Assembly (NCBI GenBank): GCA_965208575.1
Contig: CBDBOV010000004.1
Coordinates: forward strand, 352,001 to 416,000
DNA length: 64,000 nucleotides
DNA from: Spirochaetia bacterium
GTDB taxonomy: Bacteria; Spirochaetota; Spirochaetia; SZUA-6; Bin103
Direction: 5' to 3'
Within the stretch, counting starts at the first letter, position 1. Each line of letters opens with the position of its first letter. Made by a program: the position numbers and the translations under genes. Below, piece after piece: positions 30,349 through 40,322 of the stretch. The notes below the pieces were generated by a model that saw only the letters and a program-made list of their open reading frames with translations, had not been told where the DNA came from and did not search any database.

Positions 30349-30492
30349 GTGATACTTCCCCCTGTCACCGGGAGCCCTTCTACTGAAGGCGCGGCACTGT
30401 CGTCGCCCTCTCCAGGAGTATCGGGAGCGGGCAGGTTTGAACCTCCCCGGCTCCCTCTTTCCCTCAGGTCAGTAACAAGGGGCAATGAACCC

Positions 30493-32295
30493 CTAATGAC
30501 CCATTGCGCTCTTTAGCTCACCATCAATCCAGAGGCGGGCCAATATCTGATAAGCTTGACCATAACCCAGCGTGGATTCACCATTATAACCTATGACCCA
30601 CGGCTGATTCCAGTTAAACTGCGGGGACTCAGGCCCCCATATATACCAGTGCTTCTCAGTCGCGTACATGTCCAGCTCTCTAAACAGCCTCTTGTACTCC
30701 TCGAGGTCGGTAGTAGCTCGCATGGCTTCAAACTTGGCGTCAAAAGTCGGGTCCGACATTTGGCCGGCGGGGTTCCACATGGGAGGGTTGCCGTACCAGC
30801 GGCCCACCAGATGCTCAGCAAGATAGTGATGGCTCATCTCCCCGGAACGCATAGCCTCATGCATTGAGGAGCTCGCTATTTTGGCTAACTGAGGAGTCTC
30901 CATTGCTTCAATCTCTACAACAATGCCAATCTCACGCCAGTATGCAGAGGCTAATTCTTGATAGCCGGTAGGTAAGTGCGCAAAGGCCAGGCTGACAGTC
31001 TTGAATCTAATGCCGTCGGCGCCACGAGGAAATCCGGCCTCATCGAGTAACGCTTCTGCCGCTGCCGGGTCATAGGTATAGCGTTCCTTGATCTCTTCGG
31101 GCCACTCCTCATATGGCACGTAATAGCCTTTGAGAGAATCCCCCACCACCCCGCGAGGTTCCCAGTTTGCATAACCCCTAAAGAAGGTATTGGCAATGGT
31201 CTCAAGGTCCAGTGCCTTCTGCATTGCTATACGCACCCGAATGTCGCTAAAAAGCGGGTTATTCAGGTTCATACTAAAAGCATGATTCGACCGGATAAAA
31301 ACCTTGTGCACCTCAATTTCGGGATTGCTCCTCTGGAGGCTCTCTACCTGGTCGAGAGACTTGATGTCAGAGGAGATAGCGGCCATACTTCCAAACTCAA
31401 CCTTACCCGAGCGCATCGCTGCCAGACGTGTTGCCTCTTCTGGCATGACAAGGGCCTTTAACTCGTCCATGTAGGGCAAGCGGTTCTCCGGGTATTTTTC
31501 GTCGTAGCCCCAGTAGTCAGGATTCTTGATGAAGGTGTAAGAGCTGCCCTCGACCCAGTCGCCCAGCATCCAGGGCCCGGTGCCGACCAGGTTCCTCCAA
31601 TCCTTAGCGTCGCCGTATTGCTCGATTACCTCGGGGGGGTATATCCAATTAGTCCACCAATCCGTGATAAGCGCGAACGGATTGACGTGTGGCCGCTTCA
31701 GCTTGAAAACGACGGTATATTCGTCGGTGGCCGTTATCGATTCGAATTGCACAGACTTCATATCATGTAATGATGGGCTAGGTTCGGTGAAGCCGCTGCC
31801 CACACCCAAGATGCGGTGATAGTTATATTCGACATCCTTGCCAGTTAGCTCCCGCCCGTTCATCGGCGCCTTATCATGCCAGTGAACGCCTCTACGGATA
31901 TTGAACACAAAAGTTGTGGCGTCGGGCTGTTCCCAGCTTTCCGCCAGCTGCCCTATCAAGTATTCTGGAGGTACGTTTGGACCTTGCCAGCTCCATTCGT
32001 CCCTATCTACTGCCCAGTCTCCTATAACTAGCTTCTCTATAACGCCAGAGACGAACAAACTGGCGTTGCCACTAATGAACCAGGCGTCGGCAATCTCAAA
32101 CTCCTTAGTAGTGGGGAAGGTCAATGTCCCGCCGTACTCTGGCGCGACCACTACCTCCCCGGTGCTGGGGTCGGTCACATACCTCTTGTCGGCGGCGGCT
32201 GCCGGTGCCTCTTCCGTGCCAGCGGCCCACAGGCCGGTTGCGGTCAGGGCGAATCCAATCAGGATCGCCAGGCTCTTTCTTACCATACTGCTCAT
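30493..32295 (-). CDS. Family 5 ABC substrate-binding protein (module 2)
   Basis: AAGGAG RBS, signal peptide, PEYGGTL, LAESWE, VGTGPW, VRIAMQKALD. Confidence 0.92.
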   Translation of the reverse strand: MSSMVRKSLAILIGFALTATGLWAAGTEEAPAAAADKRYVTDPSTGEVVVAPEYGGTLTFPTTKEFEIADAWFISGNASLFVSGVIEKLVIGDWAVDRDEWSWQGPNVPPEYLIGQLAESWEQPDATTFVFNIRRGVHWHDKAPMNGRELTGKDVEYNYHRILGVGSGFTEPSPSLHDMKSVQFESITATDEYTVVFKLKRPHVNPFALITDWWTNWIYPPEVIEQYGDAKDWRNLVGTGPWMLGDWVEGSSYTFIKNPDYWGYDEKYPENRLPYMDELKALVMPEEATRLAAMRSGKVEFGSMAAISSDIKSLDQVESLQRSNPEIEVHKVFIRSNHAFSMNLNNPLFSDIRVRIAMQKALDLETIANTFFRGYANWEPRGVVGDSLKGYYVPYEEWPEEIKERYTYDPAAAEALLDEAGFPRGADGIRFKTVSLAFAHLPTGYQELASAYWREIGIVVEIEAMETPQLAKIASSSMHEAMRSGEMSHHYLAEHLVGRWYGNPPMWNPAGQMSDPTFDAKFEAMRATTDLEEYKRLFRELDMYATEKHWYIWGPESPQFNWNQPWVIGYNGESTLGYGQAYQILARLWIDGELKSAMGH

Positions 32296-32320
32296 GGTTT
32301 ATCTCCTTGGAGAAAGCCAG

Positions 32321-32400
32321 TTGAGAGCACTGACTCCACTGCCGGCCCCTCGCAACGCTCGCGACGGTCGCAAGCGAGCGCACTCTCGTCGAACGAGGGC
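32321..32400 (-). ncRNA. Candidate structured leader RNA, divergent copy 2
   Basis: mRNA sense: ccctcg..gagagtgc-gctcgc...gcgagc..cgaggg...gtgctctcaac, same stem order as copies 1 and 3. Confidence 0.4.
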
Positions 32401-32498
32401 GACACCCTGTAGCGGCCGCAGCCGCTCGGTCTCTCGTGAGTCTCTTATCGCGTGCCTCCTTTGGCGCGCGCCGCGCCGAAAGGCAGCCATGCGCGCCG

Positions 32499-32626
32499 TC
32501 CAGCCAAGAGCCACCGTAATCCATGCGCGGCGAGCTGTCAAACTCTCTTTCTCGGGCTGGTCAGGCTGGAGCACGGCGGGCGGATCGGGTGGCAACCGTC
32601 ACCCGGCGCGGGTAGTATGGGCGGTA
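32499..32626. repeat. ~128-bp direct repeat, copy B, with back-to-back promoters: minus TTGACA-17-TACGGT and plus TGGCAA-17-TAGTAT
   Basis: Near-identical to 28247-28375 and ends at the GTG of the AAA gene. Confidence 0.9.
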
Positions 32627-34189
32627 GTGAAGCGCAGACTGCCGCTCGGCATCCAGACCCTCCGCGAGATTCGTGAGCGGAACTGCTACTACGTGGACAA
32701 GACCGGCTACCTCGACCGGCTGCTCGACGAGGGCAAGCACTGGTTCCTGTCGCGACCGCGGCGGTTCGGCAAGAGTCTGTTCCTGGACACCGTGAAGGAG
32801 TTCTTCGAGGGCAACGAGGAGCTGTTTCGGGGGCTGTACATTCACGGGCGCCGGGACTGCTCGCAGCGCCACCCGGTGGTGCGGTTGAGCTTCGCCGGCG
32901 GCAACTTTGCCAACCCGGGTTACCTGCCCAAGAACGTGATCGCCCAACTGGACGGAATCGAGCGCCAACGGTCGATCCGCGGGCGCTTTGACACGGCGGC
33001 GGACCGCCTGCGGGACCTGCTGGAAACCCTGCACCGGGAGACCGGACAGCGGGTGGCGGTGCTGGTGGACGAGTACGACAAGCCGATCCTGGACGCGCTG
33101 GAGAAGCCGGAGCTGGCGCGCGCCAACCGTGACGAGCTGAGCGGCGTGTACGGGGTGATCAAGGACGCCGACGCCCACGTGTGCTTCACGTTCCTGACCG
33201 GGGTCAGCAAGTTCTCGAAGGTCAACCTCTTTTCGGGACTCAACAACCTCACCGACCTCACCCTCGATCCGCGCTACGCGGCGATCTGCGGCTATACCGA
33301 CGAGGATCTGGATCGGGTGTTCGCTGCGGAACTCCCCGGGCTCGACCGCGAGCAGATCCGCGACTGGTACAACGGCTACCACTGGCGCGGCAGCGAGCGG
33401 GTGTACAATCCCTACGACGTGCTGCGGCTGTTTCACAGCCGCGAGTTCGACGCCCACTGGTTCGAGACCGGTTCGCCGGCGTTCCTGGTGAAGACGCTGT
33501 TCGAGCGCCGCGTCACGTCGGTGTCACTGGGGGAGACGGTGAGTACCGCGGAGTTACTGTCGGCGTTCGACGTCGGCGGCCGCTCCGCCGCCGAGCACAT
33601 CGGCACCGAGGCGTTGTTGTTCCAGACCGGCTACCTGACCATCGACAGCGAGGAGCGGCGCGCCGGCAGGACGATGTATCGCCTCGGCTACCCCAATCGC
33701 GAGGTGCGCCAGAGCCTGAACGACCATTTGCTGCGCCACCTGGTGCGGGATTCCAGCCGCCAGACCGCCAACAGCATCCGCCTCTACGACCTGCTGGAGG
33801 CGAACGACTTCGACGGCATGCAGGCGCTGTTCCAGGCATTTTTCTCCAGTATTCCGTACCAATGGTACACGAACAACGACATCGCGCAGTACGAGGGCTA
33901 CTACGCGAGCGTGTTTTTCTGCTACTTCGCGGCCCTGGGATATGAGATCACCGTGGAAGACTCCAGCAGTCACGGGCGGCTGGACATGGCGGTGCGGGCC
34001 GGCGGCCAGGTGTACCTGTTCGAATTCAAGGTCGTGGAGATGGAACCGGAGGGCAGTGCGCTGGCGCAGCTTCAGAGCCGGGACTACGCGGCCAAGTACC
34101 GCCACCTGGGCGAGCCGATCCACCTGGTGGGGGTGGAGTTCAGCCGCGCCACCCGCAACGTGACCGCGTTCGCGGTGGCGCCGGGCTGA
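32627..34189 (+). CDS. AAA-ATPase-like protein with C-terminal PD-(D/E)XK nuclease domain
   Basis: LPLGIQT, YYVDKT, SRPRRFGKSL, VDEYDKP, TGVSKF, WYNGY, GRLDM, FEFK. Confidence 0.93.
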   Translation: MKRRLPLGIQTLREIRERNCYYVDKTGYLDRLLDEGKHWFLSRPRRFGKSLFLDTVKEFFEGNEELFRGLYIHGRRDCSQRHPVVRLSFAGGNFANPGYLPKNVIAQLDGIERQRSIRGRFDTAADRLRDLLETLHRETGQRVAVLVDEYDKPILDALEKPELARANRDELSGVYGVIKDADAHVCFTFLTGVSKFSKVNLFSGLNNLTDLTLDPRYAAICGYTDEDLDRVFAAELPGLDREQIRDWYNGYHWRGSERVYNPYDVLRLFHSREFDAHWFETGSPAFLVKTLFERRVTSVSLGETVSTAELLSAFDVGGRSAAEHIGTEALLFQTGYLTIDSEERRAGRTMYRLGYPNREVRQSLNDHLLRHLVRDSSRQTANSIRLYDLLEANDFDGMQALFQAFFSSIPYQWYTNNDIAQYEGYYASVFFCYFAALGYEITVEDSSSHGRLDMAVRAGGQVYLFEFKVVEMEPEGSALAQLQSRDYAAKYRHLGEPIHLVGVEFSRATRNVTAFAVAPG

Positions 34190-34359
34190 CCAAGCTATAC
34201 CGGCGTGGCATCTGAAGTCGGCGTGTCGTCCGAGGGGTCCACGTCGTCCGTGAGCCGATGCCTGGTGATTCCCCCGTCCGGGAACCGCTCGTCAAGGGTG
34301 CACACAGGCCGTCCGGAGGCACCGTTCCGGCCGCTGGCAACGGTGAAGCTCGCGGACGA

Positions 34360-34388
34360 TTGACGACCGCGCCGAACGCCCCTACCGT
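34360..34388 (+). promoter_or_regulatory. Sigma70-type promoter of the SDR gene
   Basis: TTGACG-17-TACCGT, very similar to 18496-18524. Confidence 0.6.
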
Positions 34389-34445
34389 GGTTGATCGACG
34401 GGCCCAGGTGAGCGGTGGACGCACACGCGACGGGCAGGAGGGAGA

Positions 34446-35234
34446 ATGGCCAGGAAACTGGAAGGCAAGGTCGCCGTCGTTACCGGCGGCAACAGCGGCA
34501 TCGGCGAAGCAACCGGCAAGGCGTTGGCCCTGGCGGGTGCCAAGGTGGCGCTGCTGGCCAGACGGCAGGACAAGGGCCAGGCCGTACAGGACGAGATTCG
34601 GGACGCGGGAGGCGACGCCACCTTCATCGGCTGTGATGTCAGCGACAACGAAGCCGTCGAGGCGGCAATCGCGCAAGCCGTCGAGACCTACGGAGCGATA
34701 CGTATCCTCGTCAACAACGCCGGCGGCGGTGGGTTTGGCGGCAAGGCCGGGGAACCGATGCGGTTGGAGGACGACGAGACGTGGAACCGCGTCATCTCCG
34801 TCAACCTGACCGGCCCGTTCTACGTAACCCGGGCCGTCTGGCCGCACATGGCAGCCGCCGGCGGCGGCGTTATCACCAATATCTCATCCGGCGCCGCCGG
34901 GGCGGGCTTCACCCAGAAGATGCTGGAGATACGCGGCGGCTTTGACGTCTCCAGCTACTACGCCGCCAAGGCGGGGCTCGAAGGCTTTACGCGCGTCACC
35001 GCGAGCATGGGCGCGCCGGAGAACATCAGGGTCAACGCCATCCGGCCGCGCCTGATAGTGGACAAGAAAGGCCACCACTGGCTCGAACACGTCCGCGAGT
35101 ACACCCAGATTCTGGACGGCAAGGTGGAGGCGGAAGACATCGCCAACACCGTGCTGTTCCTCAGCTCCGACGATGCTCGCTACATCAACGCCGCGACGCT
35201 GGAGGTCGGCGGCGGTACTGTCGCCAACGTCTAA
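34446..35234 (+). CDS. SDR family oxidoreductase
   Basis: TGGNSGIG, NNAG, YYAAK. Confidence 0.93.
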   Translation: MARKLEGKVAVVTGGNSGIGEATGKALALAGAKVALLARRQDKGQAVQDEIRDAGGDATFIGCDVSDNEAVEAAIAQAVETYGAIRILVNNAGGGGFGGKAGEPMRLEDDETWNRVISVNLTGPFYVTRAVWPHMAAAGGGVITNISSGAAGAGFTQKMLEIRGGFDVSSYYAAKAGLEGFTRVTASMGAPENIRVNAIRPRLIVDKKGHHWLEHVREYTQILDGKVEAEDIANTVLFLSSDDARYINAATLEVGGGTVANV

Positions 35235-35250
35235 CGCGAAGGATGCGACC

Positions 35251-35279
35251 TTGACCGCCAATGGGCCGGGTCGTATAGT
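35251..35279 (+). promoter_or_regulatory. Promoter for a leaderless Ldh_2 transcript
   Basis: TTGACC-17-TATAGT, 6 nt before ATG. Confidence 0.65.
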
Positions 35280-35285
35280 CCGCCG

Positions 35286-36353
35286 ATGCATCGATTCACG
35301 GCGAGTCATCTGCACTCGATCACGCGGCGGGCTTTCCGTGCCGCGGGAGCCGCGCGCGCCATCGCGGACGAGGTGGCCGGGATTCTGGTCGGCGCCAACC
35401 TCGCCGGTCACGACTCCCACGGGGTGCTGCGTATTCCGGAATACGTGCGGCAGGCGCAACGCGGCAACCTGAAGATGGATGCCGAACCGGCGATCCTGGC
35501 GGAGACCGCCACCACCCTGCTGATCGACGGCAACGACGGCTTCGGCCACTACACGGCGCGCCGTGCCATGGCGCTGGCCATCGACAAGGCGCGCGGCGCG
35601 GCGGTCTGCTGCGCGAGCCTGGTGCGCACCGGACACATCGGCCGGTTGGGCGAGTACGCGGAGCAGGCAGCGCGGGCCGGCTGCATCGGCATCGTTACGG
35701 TCGGCTGGGGCCAGACCGGGGTCGGCAGCACCACGCCGTACGGCGGCGCGCGCGGCGCATTCGGCACCAACCCGATCGCGTTCGGGGTTCCGACCGGCGA
35801 CGAGGTGCCGTTCATTGTCGACTATGCCACCAGCATGGTGGCCGAAGGGAAGCTGCGCGTCGCCCGCAGCAAGGGAGAGGACCTGCCGGAGGGCTACATC
35901 GTCGACCGCAACGGTGTCCCGAGCGTCAAGCCGGAGGATTTCTACGACGGCGGCTTCCTGCTGCCGTTCGGCAACCACAAGGGCTACGCGCTGGCGATGC
36001 TGACCTGCCTGCTTGGCGGGTTGTCGGGCCGCTTCGACGTCGAGCAGGGCACCATGGGCGGGGCGTACCTGCAGGTGATCGACGTAGCCGCACTCACACC
36101 CCTGGAGACGTATCAGCAGGGGGTTCGGGCGTTCCTGGACGGCATCAGGGGGACGCCGCCGGCGCCCGGATTCGACGCGGTGCTGGTGCCGGGTGACTTC
36201 GAGCACCGCTCGCGCGCACAGCGTCTTGCGCACGGGGTCGAGGTGCCGGAGGCGATCTACCGGCAGATCGAGGAATGCGCCGCGAAGCTCGGCGTGGCGC
36301 TGGGAGAGGACGCGGTGGCAGCGTCCGACATGGTGCGCTACGCAACCGAGTAG
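35286..36353 (+). CDS. Ldh_2 family (malate/L-lactate/ureidoglycolate-type) dehydrogenase
   Basis: GHDSHG, HIGRLGEY, GTNPIAF, DYATS, HKGYAL. Confidence 0.92.
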   Translation: MHRFTASHLHSITRRAFRAAGAARAIADEVAGILVGANLAGHDSHGVLRIPEYVRQAQRGNLKMDAEPAILAETATTLLIDGNDGFGHYTARRAMALAIDKARGAAVCCASLVRTGHIGRLGEYAEQAARAGCIGIVTVGWGQTGVGSTTPYGGARGAFGTNPIAFGVPTGDEVPFIVDYATSMVAEGKLRVARSKGEDLPEGYIVDRNGVPSVKPEDFYDGGFLLPFGNHKGYALAMLTCLLGGLSGRFDVEQGTMGGAYLQVIDVAALTPLETYQQGVRAFLDGIRGTPPAPGFDAVLVPGDFEHRSRAQRLAHGVEVPEAIYRQIEECAAKLGVALGEDAVAASDMVRYATE

Positions 36354-36418
36354 ACGCCGAGCATGCTTCCCCACGCCAGAGGGCCGCGCACCTCGGGTCC
36401 CCATCCCAGCGACACCAA

Positions 36419-38071
36419 ATGAGTTTCTGGACGCCGCACGGCATCGGCCATCCGGCCTACCGGCCGTCGGTGGCGGGCCTCAATGGCATGGTGGCATCCG
36501 GTCACTCGCTCGCCTCGCAGGCGGGGGTGCACATCATGCAGGCGGGCGGCAACGCGATCGATGCGGCGATTGCCGCGGCGGCGGCGGTGGGCGTAGTGGA
36601 GCCGGCGATGTCGGGCGTCGGCGGCGACGGCTTCATCCTGATCTTTGACGCCGCGACCGGGCGGCCGTACGGCGTCAACGCCACCGGGCCGGCGCCGGCA
36701 CGCGCGACGCGCGAGCGCTACCTGGAGCGCGGCGGCATTCCGTTGCACGGCATGCTGAGCGTGTCGGTGCCGGGCCTGGTCGACGGCTGGCTGCTGGCGC
36801 AGCGCCGGTTCGGCAAGCTGGACCTGGCTCAGGTGCTCGCCCCGGCGGTCGAGCTGTGCGAGCGCGGCTTCCCGGTGAGCCACAAGCTGGCCGCCGCCCT
36901 GGCGGCCGAGCACGGGCCGCTGGCGGCGGACGCCGCGGCCGGGGCGGTGTTCGCACCACGCGGGCGTCCGCTGCGCGCGGGCGAGATCCTGGTGCAGCGC
37001 GACCTGGGCACCACGCTGCGCCGGATCGGCGAGCAGGGCCGGGCGGCGTTCTACGAGGGCGAGATTGCGCGCCGCATCGGGGAAGCCAGCCGCGCACACG
37101 GCGGCGTGCTGGACGAGGACGACCTGGGCGCCTACCACGCCCGCTGGGACGAGCCCATCCACGTGGACTACCACGGCCACCGGGTGTACGAGATGCCGCC
37201 CAACTCCAGCGGCCACGTCCTGCTGCAGGCGCTCAACCTGGTGGAGCGGTTCGACCTCGCCGGCATGGGCTGCCTGTCGGCCGACGGCATTCACGTCATG
37301 GTGGAGGCGATCCGGCTCGCTTTCGCCGACCGTGAGCGGTACGTGGCCGATCCCGACTGGATCGACGTGCCGCTCGACCGCCTGCTGGGAAAGGACTACG
37401 CCCGGCAACGGGCAGCCTTGATCGACCCGGCGCGTACTACTCCCGGCGTCGGTCCCGGCGCGCTGCCCGGCGCGGATCAGGCGGGCGATACCACCTGCCT
37501 GTGCGCGGCCGACGGCGCCGGCAACGCGGTGTGCCTGCTGCAGAGCATCCAGACCGCGTTCGGCTCCTGCGTGGTCGCCGGCGGCACCGGCGTTCTGCTC
37601 AACAACCGTATGACCTACTGGCACCTCGAGGCCGATCACCCGAACGTGCTCGCTCCCGGCAAGCGGGTGCGCCACACCATGAACCCGGTCATCGCCACGC
37701 GCGCCGGCCGCCCGGTGATCGTGTGCGGCACGCCGGGGGCGGACACGCAGGTGCAGACCAACCTGCAACTGCTCGCCGGCGCCATCCACTTCGGCATGAC
37801 CCCGCAGGAGGCGGTCGAGGCGCCGCGCTGGCGCAGCCTGCAGAACCCGATGGAGTCCACCCTCCCCCACACCTGTGAGGACCGGCTGGACATGGAAACC
37901 CGCTTCCCGCCGGCGGTGCGGGCAGCCCTGGAGAGCAAGGGCCACCGTGTCCATACCATCGGCCCCTGGGGCGGCCCCGGCAACGCCCAGTTCATCGGCA
38001 TCGACGCCACCACCGGCGTGCTGCAAGGCGGCTCCGACCCGCGCCGGGACGGCTACGCCATCGGCTTCTGA
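36419..38071 (+). CDS. ggt: Gamma-glutamyltransferase family protein
   Basis: GGNAIDAA, SGVGGDGF, VPGLV, DTT nucleophile site, PGKRVRHTMNP, GSDPRRDG. Confidence 0.92.
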   Translation: MSFWTPHGIGHPAYRPSVAGLNGMVASGHSLASQAGVHIMQAGGNAIDAAIAAAAAVGVVEPAMSGVGGDGFILIFDAATGRPYGVNATGPAPARATRERYLERGGIPLHGMLSVSVPGLVDGWLLAQRRFGKLDLAQVLAPAVELCERGFPVSHKLAAALAAEHGPLAADAAAGAVFAPRGRPLRAGEILVQRDLGTTLRRIGEQGRAAFYEGEIARRIGEASRAHGGVLDEDDLGAYHARWDEPIHVDYHGHRVYEMPPNSSGHVLLQALNLVERFDLAGMGCLSADGIHVMVEAIRLAFADRERYVADPDWIDVPLDRLLGKDYARQRAALIDPARTTPGVGPGALPGADQAGDTTCLCAADGAGNAVCLLQSIQTAFGSCVVAGGTGVLLNNRMTYWHLEADHPNVLAPGKRVRHTMNPVIATRAGRPVIVCGTPGADTQVQTNLQLLAGAIHFGMTPQEAVEAPRWRSLQNPMESTLPHTCEDRLDMETRFPPAVRAALESKGHRVHTIGPWGGPGNAQFIGIDATTGVLQGGSDPRRDGYAIGF

Positions 38072-38160
38072 TGCAGGTCGAACGCGCCATGCGATCGGTC
38101 CCAGGCGGTCAGCGCGACTGATCTTGCGTCATGAACCATTATGCGGATAGTCTATGAACC

Positions 38161-38415
38161 GTGAAGTCAATCACAGTTCATAAACTGGACGACGCCTTGG
38201 CCCGGGAGCTGGAACTGAAGGCTCGGCGCGAAGGCGTGTCGATCAACCGGCTGGTCAAAGGACTGCTGCGAGCATCGCTCGGCCTCGAGAAACCCGCCGC
38301 CATCGACAGGCGGGCCGACTTCGAGGATCTGTTCGGCGGCTGGTCCGAGGAAGAGGAGCATCGGTTCAAGCGCCGGTTGGCGGATCTCGAACGCATAGCG
38401 CCCGACGAGTGGTAG
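38161..38415 (+). CDS. VapB-type ribbon-helix-helix antitoxin
   Basis: MKSITVHKLDDAL...ARREGVSIN, directly upstream of a PIN toxin. Confidence 0.8.
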   Translation: MKSITVHKLDDALARELELKARREGVSINRLVKGLLRASLGLEKPAAIDRRADFEDLFGGWSEEEEHRFKRRLADLERIAPDEW

Positions 38416-38422
38416 TTGGTCC

Positions 38423-38824
38423 GTGAGGTGGATCCTGCTCGATACCAACGCGTACAGTGCGTACCGACGCGGCAACTCGGATGTGCTGGATGCGCTTGGC
38501 AGGGCCGAAAGGGTGTTCATGTCGGTGTTTGTTCTGGGCGAACTCCTGTACGGCTTCCGCGGTGGCAATCGATATGTCCAGAACCGGCGTGAACTCGGTG
38601 CTTTTCTCGACAAGCCATCGGTGTTCGTGGCCACGGCTACCGACGAAACGTCCGAGCAATTCGCGGTAACCAAGGAGGCCCTCCGCCAAGCCGGCACGCC
38701 GCTACCCATGAACGACGTGTGGATCGCCTCGCATTGCCTTCAGTTGGGCGCCACCATGGTCACGCTCGACGGACACTTCGGCAACGTCCCGGGACTACGC
38801 GTCTGGCCGCCGGCCGGCGCATGA
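38423..38824 (+). CDS. vapC: VapC PIN-domain toxin
   Basis: LDTNAY, GEL, NDVWIA, TLDGHF. Confidence 0.92.
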   Translation: MRWILLDTNAYSAYRRGNSDVLDALGRAERVFMSVFVLGELLYGFRGGNRYVQNRRELGAFLDKPSVFVATATDETSEQFAVTKEALRQAGTPLPMNDVWIASHCLQLGATMVTLDGHFGNVPGLRVWPPAGA

Positions 38825-38858
38825 GAAACAGCACACTGGGGAGTGACCGTACAGACTC

Positions 38859-40301
38859 TCAGCGCAATGGGTGCGGGCGCGTCGGCGGATCGACGTCGGC
38901 CGGAATCGGACACACGTAGGGGGTGCCGTTGGCGGCCGCCGCCAACTCGGCCTGTGCGTTGCGCAAGTGCTCGGGATCCAGGTACAGGTCGAGCGCCGCC
39001 ACCGCCATCACCTTGGCGGAGTGCATCATGCCCTTGTGACCGATTGAGGTAGCCCCGGTGGCCACGATGCCCCAACTGTGGCCGGGGGCTTGGGTGGCCC
39101 AGCAGGCGGTGCGCAGCATGCTCAGCGGCGTGATCCAGCTCACGTCGCCCACGTCGGTAGAGCCGGTGCCCACCCAGTCCGCGTCCCACGCCGGGAAGTT
39201 GTCGCCGATCAGCGGTTCGTGCGCCAGCCGTTGCAGCCGCGGACGCTCCTCCGGCGGCGTCTGCCAGCCGGCGAACATCTCGTCGGCGCCCCGCGCCCGG
39301 AACGCCGCGTTGACCGTCGCCGCGTACGCCTTCTCCTCGGCGGTGAACTCGATCGGACCGACCAGTTGCATCGCCTCGTACTGCAGATCCGCCAGGTGAG
39401 CGTTGTTGAGCACCCGCGAGCAGGCGCCGCGCACCCGCATCTGCACGGTGGTGTCGGTCATCAGCGCCGCGCCGCGGGCGCAGTTGCGGACCCGCTCGGA
39501 CACCTCCTCGATCTCGGCCCGTTCCAGGGCGCGCACGAAGTACCACACCTCGGCGGTGTCCGGGACCACGTTGGGCAGCTTGCCGCCGTCGGTGATCACG
39601 TAGTGGATGCGCACCTTGTCGGTGACGTGCTCGCGCAGGAAGTTGACGCCGACGTTCATCAACTCCACGGCGTCCAGGGCCGAGCGCCCCTCGTGCGGCG
39701 CGCCGCCGGCGTGCGCGGTGCGGCCGTGGAAACGGAACACCAGGTCGTTGACGCCGACGCAGGTACCCTTGGACGGTGCGTTGACATTGGCCGGGTGGAA
39801 GTTGAACGCCGCATCCAGGTCGTCGAACGAGCCGGTGCGGGCCATGAACGCCTTGCCGCTGATCTGCTCCTCGGCCGGACAGCCGTAGTAGCGCACGGTG
39901 CCGGCGGTGCCGGTCTCCTGCAGCCAGCGCGCCACGGCCACCGCCGCGGCCAGGCCGCCGGTACCGAGCAGGTTGTGCCCGCAGCCGTGGCCGGGGCCGC
40001 CCTCCACCACCGGCTCCTGGGTCGGCTGGCGCTTCTGTGACAGCCCAGCCAGCGCGTCGTATTCGCCCAGGTAGCCGATGATCGGGGCGCCGGAACCTGC
40101 CTCGGCGCAGAACGCGGTGGTGATGCCGCCCAGGTCCCAGGTCACGGCAAACCCCTCGGCGGCCAGGAAGTCCGCCTGCAGCTTGGAAGAGGCGAACTCT
40201 TCCCAGGCCACTTCCGGGTTGGCCCACAACGTGTCGGCCATATCCGTAAACCGCCCCCGGTTCCGGTCGAGCCACTCGATGACATCCTGTTTACTGTGCA
40301 T
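38859..40301 (-). CDS. M20 family amidohydrolase (AbgB-like)
   Basis: GEYDAL, GHGCGHN, PAEE, GSTDVGDVSW, H-SW. Confidence 0.92.
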   Translation of the reverse strand: MHSKQDVIEWLDRNRGRFTDMADTLWANPEVAWEEFASSKLQADFLAAEGFAVTWDLGGITTAFCAEAGSGAPIIGYLGEYDALAGLSQKRQPTQEPVVEGGPGHGCGHNLLGTGGLAAAVAVARWLQETGTAGTVRYYGCPAEEQISGKAFMARTGSFDDLDAAFNFHPANVNAPSKGTCVGVNDLVFRFHGRTAHAGGAPHEGRSALDAVELMNVGVNFLREHVTDKVRIHYVITDGGKLPNVVPDTAEVWYFVRALERAEIEEVSERVRNCARGAALMTDTTVQMRVRGACSRVLNNAHLADLQYEAMQLVGPIEFTAEEKAYAATVNAAFRARGADEMFAGWQTPPEERPRLQRLAHEPLIGDNFPAWDADWVGTGSTDVGDVSWITPLSMLRTACWATQAPGHSWGIVATGATSIGHKGMMHSAKVMAVAALDLYLDPEHLRNAQAELAAAANGTPYVCPIPADVDPPTRPHPLR

Positions 40302-40322
40302 AAGCTCCTCTCCGTGCTCTAC

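Noticed and set aside
31901-32626. Long N-terminal extensions in the ORF track (AAA gene, SBP3, sulfatase, BMP, moeA)
   Set aside because: Family motifs, RBS or promoter positions and overlaps with neighbouring genes support the later starts.
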